Origin: Leptonemataceae bacterium
Lineage (GTDB): Bacteria > Spirochaetota > Leptospiria > Leptospirales > Leptonemataceae
NCBI GenBank assembly: GCA_965227295.1
Contig: OZ245742.1
Span: forward strand, 640,001-704,000
Direction: 5' to 3'
Length of the DNA stretch: 64,000 nt
Made by a program: the position numbers and the translations under genes
Part shown: positions 19,621-30,033 of the stretch, one piece after another
Layout of the letters: every line of letters starts with the position of its first letter
Position numbering within the stretch: the first letter of the stretch is position 1
Notes under the pieces: generated by a model
The model's input: only the letters and a program-made list of their open reading frames with translations
Told to the model about the DNA's origin: nothing
The model's database searches: none

Positions 19621-19652
19621 CATCCCGACCCGAATCACCAGGGGTCGGGATG
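19621..19652. terminator. Stem-loop downstream of the HU gene
   Basis: catcccgaccc / gggtcgggatg perfect 11-bp stem; no clear U tract. Confidence 0.45.
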
Positions 19653-19740
19653 CGGGGAAGCTGTGCGACATAAGCCGGGCGAGCGCGAAATTTTTCACGA
19701 AAACGCTTTTCCTGAAACGGCACGCGTACATCCTGCGGTT

Positions 19741-20073
19741 ATGCCGTACGTAAAGCAGCAGACTCACTTCAAGCAAACGATCCAGATCAACAACGGAGAA
19801 ATCACCGCCCAGGAAGATCTGATCTTCGACTGTAACTTCACCGGAAACAACGTCAACGTCGGGACCAACACGATCGTGGTCGGCCTGCCGTGCACCATGA
19901 ACGCGAACATCCAGGCGGGCGTGGTGGAGATCATCGGCACGTTGAACGGAAACATCGTCGCCAGCGAGTCCATCCAGATTCGCGACACGGCCGTGGTGAA
20001 CGGCGACATCCAGGCACCGCTCATTCGCGTGGAACCCCTCGCGCGATTTCAGGGCCGCATTACGTATACCTGA
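19741..20073 (+). CDS. Bactofilin-like protein
   Basis: GEITAQEDLIFDCNFTGN...VEIIGTLNGNIVA...VNGDIQAPLIRVEPLARFQGRI. Confidence 0.85.
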   Translation: MPYVKQQTHFKQTIQINNGEITAQEDLIFDCNFTGNNVNVGTNTIVVGLPCTMNANIQAGVVEIIGTLNGNIVASESIQIRDTAVVNGDIQAPLIRVEPLARFQGRITYT

Positions 20074-21116
20074 TCCCCGGCCGGCGGGCGCGCATCCAGC
20101 GTCTCCGCCGGTAACTCCAGCAACGCCCGGCGCAGAAGTTCCACCACGTCTTCGTTCGTGGCGCTCCCGCCGCGTTCGCTGAACGCGCGGCGAAACCGAC
20201 GCGCCCCGCGCATCCCCGTAAACAGTCCGAGCATGTGTCGCACAATGCTGTGCGCCGGTCGGCCGTCATTCCGCCGGCGTTCTTCGATGTACGGCAACAT
20301 CGCTTCCAGAACGTCGCGTCGACTCGGCGGCGCAGCCTCGCTCCCGTAAAAATCCCGGTCCGCCGTGGCAAACAGATACGGCTCGTCGTATGCGGCGCGG
20401 CCGATCATTACACCGTCGGTGGAGGCGAGCAGTTCCCGCGCCAGGCCGAACGAACGCACCCCGCCGTTGATCTCAATCGCTAAGTTCTGACGATCTTGCT
20501 TTAAGCGACATACATCGTCGTAACGCAGCGGCGGGACCTCGCGGTTTTCTTTCGGATTCAGACCTTCCAGAATCGCAATGCGCGCGTGCACGATGAAGCG
20601 ATCGCAACCGGCGGCCGCCACGATGTCCGTAAAGCGCAGTAAATCCTCGTAACGATCCAGTACGCCGATCTCCGGTTGCTGCGACGAAATCCCGATGCGA
20701 TGCTTCACCGTCACGGGAATGTTGCACGCGACCCGCATGGCGCTCACGCATTCCGCCACCAGCTCCGGCCGCGCCATTAAACACGCGCCGAAGTTGCCGG
20801 ACTTCACGCGATCGCTCGGACAACCCACGTTCAGGTTGACCTCGTCGTAACCATAGTCTTCGGCAATGCGCGCGCACTCGGCCAGGCTGCGCGCATCGTC
20901 GCCGCCGAGTTGCAACGCAATGGGATGTTCGTCGGGATGATAGCCCAGAAAACGTTGCCGGTCGCCGCGCAGGATGGCCCCGGTGACCACCATCTCCGTA
21001 TACAGAAAGACGCGTTTGGACAACCGGCGCAGAAAGTACCGGAAGTCGCGGTCCGTGCGATCCATCATGGGCGCGACGGACAGCGGACGGTATTCGGAAT
21101 CGGAATGATCAAACAT
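20049..21116 (-). CDS. dusA: tRNA-dihydrouridine(20/20a) synthase
   Basis: SVAPMMDRTD, LYTEM, NLNVGCPSDRV, TVKHRIG, HAR, NGG, MIGRAAY. Confidence 0.93.
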   Translation of the reverse strand: MFDHSDSEYRPLSVAPMMDRTDRDFRYFLRRLSKRVFLYTEMVVTGAILRGDRQRFLGYHPDEHPIALQLGGDDARSLAECARIAEDYGYDEVNLNVGCPSDRVKSGNFGACLMARPELVAECVSAMRVACNIPVTVKHRIGISSQQPEIGVLDRYEDLLRFTDIVAAAGCDRFIVHARIAILEGLNPKENREVPPLRYDDVCRLKQDRQNLAIEINGGVRSFGLARELLASTDGVMIGRAAYDEPYLFATADRDFYGSEAAPPSRRDVLEAMLPYIEERRRNDGRPAHSIVRHMLGLFTGMRGARRFRRAFSERGGSATNEDVVELLRRALLELPAETLDARPPAGDQVYVMRP

Positions 21117-21909
21117 ACTGCGCTTCGATCTGGAACGAGAACTCCTGCTCGCCTTCCGCCGAGCCTTCCGGGCCGAAACGACGTTCGTGCATGACGACAT
21201 GCCCGCCGCGATCGATCGTGAGAAACGTGGACGCCCGGGTCCCGTACACCGGCGACTGAATAAAGCGGGAGGAGAGCCAGCGCTCACGTTCCAGACCGAT
21301 GCCTGTATCCGGCAGGCGCTCGTCTGAGGCGACGGAGTTATGACTCAAGATTTCGAAGAACGCCCTGGCGTCCAGCGCATCGCCGGCTTCCATGAGAGCA
21401 CGGAACTCGGCCGTGCCGTCGGCGACCTTGGGCCAGGCCGTATCCAGAAAGGCGTTGGAGAGGCCGTAGAATCCCGGCCCCAGCGCACGACGTTCCCCGC
21501 TACGGTTCGAATAGTACCATACGGCGCTCGCATCTTCCGGCGCGCCGAAATCCGCCAGGATCACATTGAAACCGGCGTAGGCGTCGCCGTCGGTTGCGAC
21601 GTCCGCGAGAAAGTCGCCGGGCGGTTCAGCGGCAGTAAGATAGTCGCGCAACAGCAGGCCGCGGGAACGTCCCTGCTTGCCGAACTCCTGCGGATCGCGG
21701 TAGTTCGTCACAGTGGCGAAGCGCCCCCCGGTGCTGATGGCGAGCCAGGTCCCGCCGTGTTCCAGGTCTCGGCCGCCGAGAATTTGACCGTCGGCTTCGT
21801 CCCAGTAATCGGCGGGCTTTGTCGGCCGCGCGTAGAACTCGTCGCGATTGCCGGCCAACACCCACAGGTACTCCGGGTGTGCATCGTATGCAAAGTAGAT
21901 CAGACACAT
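21109..21909 (-). CDS. NRDE / TANGO2 family protein
   Basis: MCLI...AGNRDEFYARPT, GGTWL, SRG, YGTRAST. Confidence 0.92.
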   Translation of the reverse strand: MCLIYFAYDAHPEYLWVLAGNRDEFYARPTKPADYWDEADGQILGGRDLEHGGTWLAISTGGRFATVTNYRDPQEFGKQGRSRGLLLRDYLTAAEPPGDFLADVATDGDAYAGFNVILADFGAPEDASAVWYYSNRSGERRALGPGFYGLSNAFLDTAWPKVADGTAEFRALMEAGDALDARAFFEILSHNSVASDERLPDTGIGLERERWLSSRFIQSPVYGTRASTFLTIDRGGHVVMHERRFGPEGSAEGEQEFSFQIEAQYV

Positions 21910-21988
21910 CGCAATTTTTTTGCCTGCCAACAGGTAAAAGAGAAAACAATCCATCGCACAGCTTCGTCAAATCATTTCAGATCAAGCC

Positions 21989-22083
21989 CCTCCGCTTCGG
22001 AGGCTATCGCATGAACTTCCTCCATTTGAACCGCATATAACGCACGGCTGCCGCATCCGCGACACTCGTGCGTCCTGTTTTTT
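21989..22083 (+). promoter_or_regulatory. Putative attenuator leader: sequestered RBS, 9-aa uORF, terminator-like hairpin
   Basis: cctccg-ctt-cggagg hairpin containing GGAGG; uORF 22011..22040 MNFLHLNRI; acgcacg/cgtgcgt stem, then T6 at 22078-22083. Confidence 0.5.
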
Positions 22084-22167
22084 CTCCAAATCCGTTTCGC
22101 CTGTTATGACCTGCGCTCCGCGCCGGCCGCCCGGGTGAGTTGTATCGTTACAGCGTTTGATCTTACT

Positions 22168-24486
22168 ATGAATCGTTTTTCCGAAAAAACGAAGGCGTGG
22201 CATGCGCCCGTCTTCTTCGCCCTGGCTCACGGCCGGGAGGGTTTTGTGTGGCTTGGTAGCGGGCGGCGCCGATCCCTCCTGGAAACGAACGGACTTGTCG
22301 GCTCCCCGTCGAACGTCGGCAGCCTGTTCGAACTCTATCGCCTTTCGGTGGACATGGTTCCGCCTCCGTTGTGGCCGGACGCACGGCGCATCCTGAATCC
22401 ACTGCGCCTCGATCGCGGCGCGTATCTGGGCGACCTGCCCGAGGACTTCGCCCTGTACTTCGCGCCCTTGCTGCGCCGGGAGCGGGATCGCCGGCGCTTT
22501 CTCGGATTGTACTGGGGCCTCGGCCTGCAGTACAATCCAGGTCTGAACGCATCGGCCCACCGCCTGCTGTTGAACTACGGTCCATCCGCGGCCGCCTGGC
22601 TCGAACCGCTGCTCGGTCAGTTGCCTGCGGTGCGGGACCCGCTGGCCGCGCTGCTCGTTGAACTGGAGATCCCTTCGCTTAGCTTTCTACGAAACAACAT
22701 TAGCGAACCGAACGATTTCTACGCCGCGCTCTGCGACGGCTTTCATAACATCCAGGGCATCAACCCGGAATCTGAGGGCTACGTAGAACTCCTGTACGCC
22801 TTCGTGAAGGGCGTCTCCCTGGGAATGAGTTATGATCATCTCCTGGACGGACTGCGCCTGCACCGGCGCCTGGACCTCCGGATTCAGACCCGCGAATTCC
22901 AGGCGTGCCCGGACTACGCCCCCGGTCCCGTCGGGTTGATGATCGAACTCATGCGGGCAGACGATAGTAACATCAGCAAGTACCAGATCCGTAATTTCTG
23001 GCAGGCTCTGGGTAAGCTGCCGGGTTACGTTGACGTTTGTCGCGAATGGCTCCGATGGGAATTCGCCGCGGAAAGTCTGCATGCCTTCCTGCGTTTCATG
23101 GATGAATTCGCCCCGGAACATTGCCGGCAACGCATGTGGTCGACGCTGCGTGAACGTCTGCCGGCCCTCATGCGAGACCTGGGCCTGCTGCGCGACGCCG
23201 AAAATCGGGAAAACCAACTCGCCGTTCTGGCGAACTTTACATATTTAGCGGATCCGGAAACGCTGCCGGAGCTGTGGCCGCGCTTCCGTTTGCTCGCTGC
23301 TAAGTTACGTGAATACAAACTTACCGATCACAGCTTCACCTCCACGGAATTGCTCTTCGAATTTGCGCTCCTGGATGCCGATCTGTTTGCGCAGTGCCTG
23401 CATGCGCCCCGTTCTTCTTTTCGCCGCCTGGATCACGCCTCTCGCTCGGACAATCGCCGGGGTTTCATAGATTCGGGCCTGAGCCGCCTGCGGCGCATGC
23501 TGCCGCGATTCCTGGCAGCGGCCTTCCGGAATTTCCCGGCAAAGCTTCTTCGCAGCGCCGAACTCCTGGGCAGCCTGACTCAGGCCGAAGCCATGCGGAC
23601 CGTAAACGACTTTCGCCGGGCCGGCGGACAGTGTTTGGTAGAGTGCGACGTGCTGAGCCCGCTCGCGGTCTTAGCTATTACCGGGAGCATCTTAGCGAAT
23701 GAACCGGGTCTCTTTCATCCGGTGCCGGAACGCCTGCGTGCTTATCTCGTCGGCGAAATCGAACTTACCGGAATCCGCCTGCGGCACTCCATCGAGGTCA
23801 TGCAACGGGATCGTACTCTCACGGGACTGGAACTCCTGGATCGTTGCATCCGGCGCCGCCTCTGTACGGAGCACCGGGAACCGGAAACGGCCGACCTGCA
23901 TACGTTTCAAATGATCGGCTCGCTGGCGAAAGAAGACCGCAATCCGCTGAAGAAATTCCTGCGCGCCCATGCCCGGGGCCGGCACGACTATCTACATCAA
24001 CATCCGCGCAACGCCGGTTGGATTCGCGAACGCCGCAAGCTGAACACGCGCGCCTGGTTCGACGGCCTCGCTGTGCGTCGCATTGTTCCGGGCCGCAGCC
24101 TGAGCCTGGCTCCGGAACGCGATCCGCACGAGATGCTTAAGATGGGCACGTACGCCGGTAGTTGTACCGGTCTGGGAGGCATGCATCAATACAACGCCGC
24201 GACGACCTTGCTGGACGCGAACAAACTACTCATCTATGCGCGAGACGCGAACGGCGCCTTCGTCGCGCGGCAGCTCCTGGCCGTCACCGACGACGAACGC
24301 CTGGCCTGCTTCGAAGTCTACCCGACAACGGATGCGAACATCCGGGCCGCCTTTCGGGAGTACGACCTGCGCTTCGCCGAACGCATCGGCCTGGACATTG
24401 TCGACGATTACAATTACCATGTCTCCGTTCTGATCGGCAAGCAGTGGTATGACGACGGCATCTGGAAATGGGACGACGATGAGTGA
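22168..24486 (+). CDS. Large hypothetical protein
   Basis: ~770-aa ORF; C-terminal block LKMGTYAGSCTGLGG...LDANKLLIYARD...ARQLLA; overlaps the next gene. Confidence 0.75.
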   Translation: MNRFSEKTKAWHAPVFFALAHGREGFVWLGSGRRRSLLETNGLVGSPSNVGSLFELYRLSVDMVPPPLWPDARRILNPLRLDRGAYLGDLPEDFALYFAPLLRRERDRRRFLGLYWGLGLQYNPGLNASAHRLLLNYGPSAAAWLEPLLGQLPAVRDPLAALLVELEIPSLSFLRNNISEPNDFYAALCDGFHNIQGINPESEGYVELLYAFVKGVSLGMSYDHLLDGLRLHRRLDLRIQTREFQACPDYAPGPVGLMIELMRADDSNISKYQIRNFWQALGKLPGYVDVCREWLRWEFAAESLHAFLRFMDEFAPEHCRQRMWSTLRERLPALMRDLGLLRDAENRENQLAVLANFTYLADPETLPELWPRFRLLAAKLREYKLTDHSFTSTELLFEFALLDADLFAQCLHAPRSSFRRLDHASRSDNRRGFIDSGLSRLRRMLPRFLAAAFRNFPAKLLRSAELLGSLTQAEAMRTVNDFRRAGGQCLVECDVLSPLAVLAITGSILANEPGLFHPVPERLRAYLVGEIELTGIRLRHSIEVMQRDRTLTGLELLDRCIRRRLCTEHREPETADLHTFQMIGSLAKEDRNPLKKFLRAHARGRHDYLHQHPRNAGWIRERRKLNTRAWFDGLAVRRIVPGRSLSLAPERDPHEMLKMGTYAGSCTGLGGMHQYNAATTLLDANKLLIYARDANGAFVARQLLAVTDDERLACFEVYPTTDANIRAAFREYDLRFAERIGLDIVDDYNYHVSVLIGKQWYDDGIWKWDDDE

Positions 24487-27400
24487 GGCGCAGGGCTGGC
24501 GCTTCTGGATCGATCGCGGCGGCACATTCACGGACGTCGCCGCCGTCGACCCCGACGGGGCCTTGATCACCACGAAGCTGCTCTCGGAAGATCCCGAACG
24601 CTACGAGGACGCGGCCATCGAGGGCATCCGTCGTTTACGCAAAGAACACGCCGATGGAAGTTACGCGAACGCGCCCATCCTCGAAGTTCGCATGGGTACC
24701 ACCGTGGGCACGAACGCCCTCCTCGAACATAACGGTGCACCCGTCGCGCTGCTGATCACGGCCGGCTTCGAAGATGCCCTGCGCATTGGTTACCAGAATC
24801 GCCCGGATATCTTCGCCCTGGACATCGAGGCCGGGCGACCGCGCATGCTTTACGAGCGCCTGATCGGCGTGCACGAGCGCCTCGCCGCCGACGGAAAAAT
24901 ACTGCAAACTCTCGATGAAAGTAAGCTAAGGGCAGAGCTGACCGAAGCGCGCAAGGCCGGCCTGCGCAGCGCGGCCGTCGTTTTGATGCACGCGTATTGC
25001 AATCCCATTCACGAACTACGCGCCGGGGAGATCGCCCGGGACGTCGGCTTCGAAGACGTGTCGTTGTCTCACGAGGTGAGCCCGCTCATCAAACTCGTCC
25101 GCCGGGGCGACACCACCGTCGTCGACGCTCACCTTTCGCCGGTATTGCGTCGTTACACGGAACGCGTGCGCCACGGTCTGGCGAATCTGAGCGATGCGGC
25201 ACCGCGGCTTTTTTTTATGCAGTCTCATGGCGGCCTCACCGTGGCCGAGAATTTTCGCGGGCGGGACAGCTTGCTCTCGGGGCCGGCCGGCGGTGTCGTG
25301 GGCGGCGTGGCCGTGAGCGAAGCAGAAGGTTATCGCAAGATCATCGGCTTTGATATGGGCGGCACGTCCACGGACGTCTGGCACTACGCCGGTGAACTGG
25401 AACGCAGTTTCGAAAGCGAGATTGCCGGCGCGCGTTTACAATCCCCGGTGCTCGCGATTCATACCGTGGCGGCCGGCGGCGGCTCCGTCCTGGAATTCGA
25501 CGGCGAACGTTTGCGCGTGGGCCCGCGTTCGTCCGGTTCCCGTCCCGGCCCGCGCTCCTACGGCCACGGCGGCCCTCTGAGTTTAACTGACGCTAATCTA
25601 ATATTAGGCCGCGTGCAGCCGGCGTTTTTTCCGCACGTCTTCGGCTCCGCGGGCACCGCCCCCCTGGATCACGCCGGCGTGAGCGCGGCCTTCGAGGACC
25701 TGGCACGCTCGGTGGGCGCCGCGACCGATCGCAAACTTTCTCCGGAGCAACTGGCCGCCGGCTTCGTGGACATCGCCGTGGAGCACATGGCCCGGGCCAT
25801 CCGGAAAATCTCGGTGCAACGCGGTTACGATCCCGGCGAGTACGTGCTCTGCTCGTTCGGCGGCGCCGGCGGGCAGCATGCCTGCGCCATCGCCGCGGCG
25901 CTGAACATGACCGAAATTCTTTTACACCCCCTCGCCGGTGTGCTCTCGGCCTACGGTATGGGCACGGCCAAACTGCGACGCCTGGACGAATGTTACTCCG
26001 GTGCGGATCTCGATGATTTAGACCTTGCCGCGATGGACGACGAATTGGGGCGGCTGCAAACTTCTGCCGGCCAGGAGTTAGCGCGTCACCTGGACGGTGA
26101 GGCTCCGGAACACCAGATCAGCGCGCACTTGAAGTATGCGGGCAGCGATACGACCATCGAAGTACCGTGGCCTTCTTCGGAGACCGAACGGCGGCGCGAA
26201 GCACTGCGGCGGCAGTTCGAAGAACAGCATCGCCGGGGTTTCGGTTTCGTACGCGAAGCAGCGGCAATCGTCCTGGATCGCCTGGTCGTGGAAACCTCCG
26301 GCGGCGGCGCGAACCCCATCACTGCGAAATCACAGCAAACGACAGCGAAGCCCGAGGCCGCCGCCGTCGTACAACTCTGGTGCCGCGGCGACAGCGAAGG
26401 GGCCGGCATGCGCGACGCGCCGTTGTATCGCCGGGCGGACCTTGGCGCCGGCCACGAGATCGCCGGCCCCGCTCTCATCGTTTCAGAAACGGACACGGTC
26501 TTCGTGGATACGGGCTGGACGACCTCCGTCACGGCATCCGGGGCCCTGCGTTTGTTTAATGCAAATCCTATCTTGCAAACTTCTAGTGGCATTACTTCAG
26601 ACGAACCTTCTCGGAACGTCGATCCGGTGCGCCTGGAGATCATGAACCACGCCTTTCGGGCCATCGCCGAGGAGATGGGTGTCGTTCTACAAAAGACCAG
26701 TGTCTCCGTAAACATCAAGGAACGCCTCGATTTTTCCTGCGCCCTGTTCGACTCGGAGGGCCGGCTGGTCGCGAACGCGCCGCACATCCCGGTGCACCTG
26801 GGTTCCATGTCGGCCAGTGTCGACGCCGTGCGCGAGCGCTTCGGCGCGGATATGCAACCCGGCGATGCCTTTGTACTGAATGATCCCTACGCCGGCGGCA
26901 CGCATCTGCCGGACATTACCGTGGTTACCCCCGTCTTTCTCGGCGAGGCGAATGCGGAAGCGCGCCTGCTTTTTTATACGGCGTCGCGCGGCCATCATGC
27001 GGACATCGGCGGCATTGCGCCCGGGTCCATGCCGGCCAGGAGTCGCAGCATCGTCGAAGAAGGCGTGTTGATCGAACCGCGGTATCTCTGTCGCGGCGGC
27101 CGCATTCTGGAAGATGAGATCCGCACGCTGCTTATCGGCGCGAAACATCCGGTGCGGAACCTGAAGCAAAACCTGGCGGACCTCGCGGCCCAGGTTGCGG
27201 CCAACGAACGCGGTAGTGCGTTACTTGCAGAACTCTGCCGGCGCTACGATGCGGATACGGTACTGTTTTACATGCAGGCGGTGCAGGACAACGCCGAACG
27301 CGCGGTACGCCGGGCCCTCGCGAACGTCCGCCGGGGTTCCGCCGAACGCGTGCTGGATAACGATCTGCACGTTCGCGTCGACGTACGTGATTATGCGCCG

Positions 27401-28186
27401 ACGGACGGAGCGCCGGAGCGATTCGGCGCAACCCCGTTGATCACGGCGGACTTCACCGGAAGCTCGCCGGCCCACGCCGGCAACTTCAACGCCCCCCTGG
27501 CGGTGTTGCACGCGGCCTTAATTTATGTTGTACGCACATTAGTCGAGGACGAGATTCCGCTGAACGCCGGTTGCCTGCGCCCGGTGCACATCATCGTCCC
27601 CGTTGATTCGTTTCTGCATCCGCGGGCGCCCCGGGCCGTCGTCGCGGGCAACGTGGAAACGTCACAGATGATCGTGGATACGATCTACGCCGCCCTGGGA
27701 ATTCTCGCCGGCTCCCAGGGAACCATGAACAACCTCACCTTCGGCAACGCAAACTTTCAGTACTACGAAACGATTTGCGGCGGCGCCGGGGCCGGACCGG
27801 GCTTCGCCGGCGCCTCCGCCGTACACACGCACATGACCAATTCGCGGCTCACGGATCCCGAAGTACTCGAGGAACGTTTTCCCGTGCGCGTCGAAGAGTT
27901 TTCCCTCCGCCGGGGCAGCGGCGGCAGCGGTCAGTTTCGCGGCGGGGACGGCGTCCTGCGGCGTTTACGTTTTCTGGAAGATGTGAGCGTGTCCTTACTT
28001 ACGAATCATCGCAAGATAGCGCCGGGGGGAATCCGGGGCGGCGGGGACGGACAGCCGGGCCGCAACCGATTACTGCGCGGCGACGGAACAGAAACAACGC
28101 TGGACTCCTGTGATCAGGTGGAGCTGCGCTCCGGGGATGCGATTATCGTAGAAACGCCGGGCGGCGGCGGCTGCGGCGATGCTTAA
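24479..28186 (+). CDS. 5-oxoprolinase (ATP-hydrolysing), fused hydantoinase A/B
   Basis: [68 protein letters not shown]. Confidence 0.95.
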   Translation: MSEAQGWRFWIDRGGTFTDVAAVDPDGALITTKLLSEDPERYEDAAIEGIRRLRKEHADGSYANAPILEVRMGTTVGTNALLEHNGAPVALLITAGFEDALRIGYQNRPDIFALDIEAGRPRMLYERLIGVHERLAADGKILQTLDESKLRAELTEARKAGLRSAAVVLMHAYCNPIHELRAGEIARDVGFEDVSLSHEVSPLIKLVRRGDTTVVDAHLSPVLRRYTERVRHGLANLSDAAPRLFFMQSHGGLTVAENFRGRDSLLSGPAGGVVGGVAVSEAEGYRKIIGFDMGGTSTDVWHYAGELERSFESEIAGARLQSPVLAIHTVAAGGGSVLEFDGERLRVGPRSSGSRPGPRSYGHGGPLSLTDANLILGRVQPAFFPHVFGSAGTAPLDHAGVSAAFEDLARSVGAATDRKLSPEQLAAGFVDIAVEHMARAIRKISVQRGYDPGEYVLCSFGGAGGQHACAIAAALNMTEILLHPLAGVLSAYGMGTAKLRRLDECYSGADLDDLDLAAMDDELGRLQTSAGQELARHLDGEAPEHQISAHLKYAGSDTTIEVPWPSSETERRREALRRQFEEQHRRGFGFVREAAAIVLDRLVVETSGGGANPITAKSQQTTAKPEAAAVVQLWCRGDSEGAGMRDAPLYRRADLGAGHEIAGPALIVSETDTVFVDTGWTTSVTASGALRLFNANPILQTSSGITSDEPSRNVDPVRLEIMNHAFRAIAEEMGVVLQKTSVSVNIKERLDFSCALFDSEGRLVANAPHIPVHLGSMSASVDAVRERFGADMQPGDAFVLNDPYAGGTHLPDITVVTPVFLGEANAEARLLFYTASRGHHADIGGIAPGSMPARSRSIVEEGVLIEPRYLCRGGRILEDEIRTLLIGAKHPVRNLKQNLADLAAQVAANERGSALLAELCRRYDADTVLFYMQAVQDNAERAVRRALANVRRGSAERVLDNDLHVRVDVRDYAPTDGAPERFGATPLITADFTGSSPAHAGNFNAPLAVLHAALIYVVRTLVEDEIPLNAGCLRPVHIIVPVDSFLHPRAPRAVVAGNVETSQMIVDTIYAALGILAGSQGTMNNLTFGNANFQYYETICGGAGAGPGFAGASAVHTHMTNSRLTDPEVLEERFPVRVEEFSLRRGSGGSGQFRGGDGVLRRLRFLEDVSVSLLTNHRKIAPGGIRGGGDGQPGRNRLLRGDGTETTLDSCDQVELRSGDAIIVETPGGGGCGDA

Positions 28187-30033
28187 TCGCCGGGGATTAA
28201 CTTCGTTTCGCCTTCGATTAAACGGTCCCCGCGCTTGAATATGATTTTATACGCGCGATCCGCGGACGCGTCGGAAAGGAAACTCATGTAATCGTTGATG
28301 TCGTTGATCTTTTCTTCGCCCAGTTGCACGATGATGTCGCCGGACTGCAGGCCGGTCTGTTTCACCGGGGCCTTCTCGTTGACACTGCCGACTTCCAGGC
28401 CGCCGGCATTCGACTCGTAATTGCCGGGCATAATGCCCAGACGCACCCGAAACTCGAAAGCCGACCGCTGCGGCTCCGACGGCGCGCGCCGATACGATAA
28501 TCGTGTTTCGCCGCCGGCCGGATCGTGGAGGACCGCCAGCCCTTCGACTAATTTTAAGTTAAACTGAGTTACGTGAACGAGGCCTTCCAGGTTGATCGTT
28601 TCGAAATCGTCGTCGGGCGTATGATAATTTCGGTGCCCGCCCGTAAACACAAAGGCCACGGGAATCTTGCGCGTATAAAAGGGCGTGTGATCGCTCGGCC
28701 CGCTGCCGCCCTTTACCGTGCGCAGCTCCAGGCCTTCCGGAAAGTCCACGGCGGCGAAGGCTTCGCGGATCAACTTCTCCCAGCGCGCATCGGCACTCTG
28801 CGCGCCCTGCACCATGAGGCCTTTCTCTTTGCGCAGCCGACCGACCATGTCCAGGTTGATCATCGCGACGGTGTTTGCTTCGGCAAAAGCTTTGGATCGC
28901 ACGAAGTGCCGCGAACCGAAGAGGCCGCGCTCTTCGGCGTCGAAGTGCAGAAACAAAACGTTTACGCCGTCCGGCAACGTGGGAAGCTCAGCGCCGTCGG
29001 AGCGGTCTTGTTTCGAAAACGCCATGGCGACTTCCAGCACCGCCGCCGTGCCGGAGGCATTGTCATCGGCGCCGTTGTGAATCTTGCCGCGACCGCGCAG
29101 CGAAGAAAATTCGCCGAGCCCCAGGTGATCAAAGTGCGCGCCGATCACGATGATGCGATCGTTCTCTTTGCGCTCCCGCGCGTAAGCACCGACGTTATAA
29201 CCCGTAGATTTTTTTGAACCCCAGTCGGATTGCACGACGGCGCGTCCCATCTTACGCTGCTGCGCGCTCAGCTCTACGACTTCGCCTTTGCGCATGCGGT
29301 GCTCTGCATCCTTTAGAAAATCGAAAGACTCGTAGAACTTTTCGGGTTCCACAAATACGGCAATGGGACCGCGGGCGAAGTCCGTACGAAAATCACCGGG
29401 CTCGAGCGGATCGAAGCCGGGATGGCCGAGAAAGATGATGCCGGCCGCGCCCAGTTTCTTAAGGGCGGCGAACTTGGCGCGAAACGAGATGGCGCTCCGG
29501 TACTTCTCGTTCTTCGGGCCGCCCGGACCGTGCCGCAAACATACAACGATGCGCCCTTTGACCTCAAGGCCCTTCAGGTCGTTCCAGTCCGGCGCCTGCA
29601 AACAAAAGCCCGCGAAGATTGCTTCGGCTTCGGCCTTTCCCTGTTGAACAATGGGCAGCGGCTGCACTTCATCGTATTCAATCTTGCGCGCACCGTCCGG
29701 CGTCGTCAGCTCGACGCGGTTCTCTTCGCCCACGGCGACACCGGCCGTGAAATCAAAGCTCTGATAAAACGAAGGTTGCCCGTCGTCGTCCGTAAACGCG
29801 GGCGCGAGACCGCCGCCCTCGTAGCGCTCGACGAGAAAGTCCGCGGCCCGCCGGGCGTACACCGTACCGGACTCGCGACCGCGCAGGTTATCGTCGCTTA
29901 ACGTACGCACATAGAAGGTTAGATCGGACTGGCGGATCTCCGCGCGTTCGGGATGATGCGGGCCGCAACCCCAGGCGCAGACGCCGAGGAGCAGCAGTGC
30001 GGGGAGGAGGAGATGGGCACGGGGATCAGTCAT
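28183..30033 (-). CDS. M28 family aminopeptidase lipoprotein with PA and PDZ domains
   Basis: GAHFDHLG, NGADDNASG, AEERGL, NLDMVGR, SDH, YHTPDD; C-terminal LGIMP PDZ. Confidence 0.92.
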   Translation of the reverse strand: MTDPRAHLLLPALLLLGVCAWGCGPHHPERAEIRQSDLTFYVRTLSDDNLRGRESGTVYARRAADFLVERYEGGGLAPAFTDDDGQPSFYQSFDFTAGVAVGEENRVELTTPDGARKIEYDEVQPLPIVQQGKAEAEAIFAGFCLQAPDWNDLKGLEVKGRIVVCLRHGPGGPKNEKYRSAISFRAKFAALKKLGAAGIIFLGHPGFDPLEPGDFRTDFARGPIAVFVEPEKFYESFDFLKDAEHRMRKGEVVELSAQQRKMGRAVVQSDWGSKKSTGYNVGAYARERKENDRIIVIGAHFDHLGLGEFSSLRGRGKIHNGADDNASGTAAVLEVAMAFSKQDRSDGAELPTLPDGVNVLFLHFDAEERGLFGSRHFVRSKAFAEANTVAMINLDMVGRLRKEKGLMVQGAQSADARWEKLIREAFAAVDFPEGLELRTVKGGSGPSDHTPFYTRKIPVAFVFTGGHRNYHTPDDDFETINLEGLVHVTQFNLKLVEGLAVLHDPAGGETRLSYRRAPSEPQRSAFEFRVRLGIMPGNYESNAGGLEVGSVNEKAPVKQTGLQSGDIIVQLGEEKINDINDYMSFLSDASADRAYKIIFKRGDRLIEGETKLIPGD

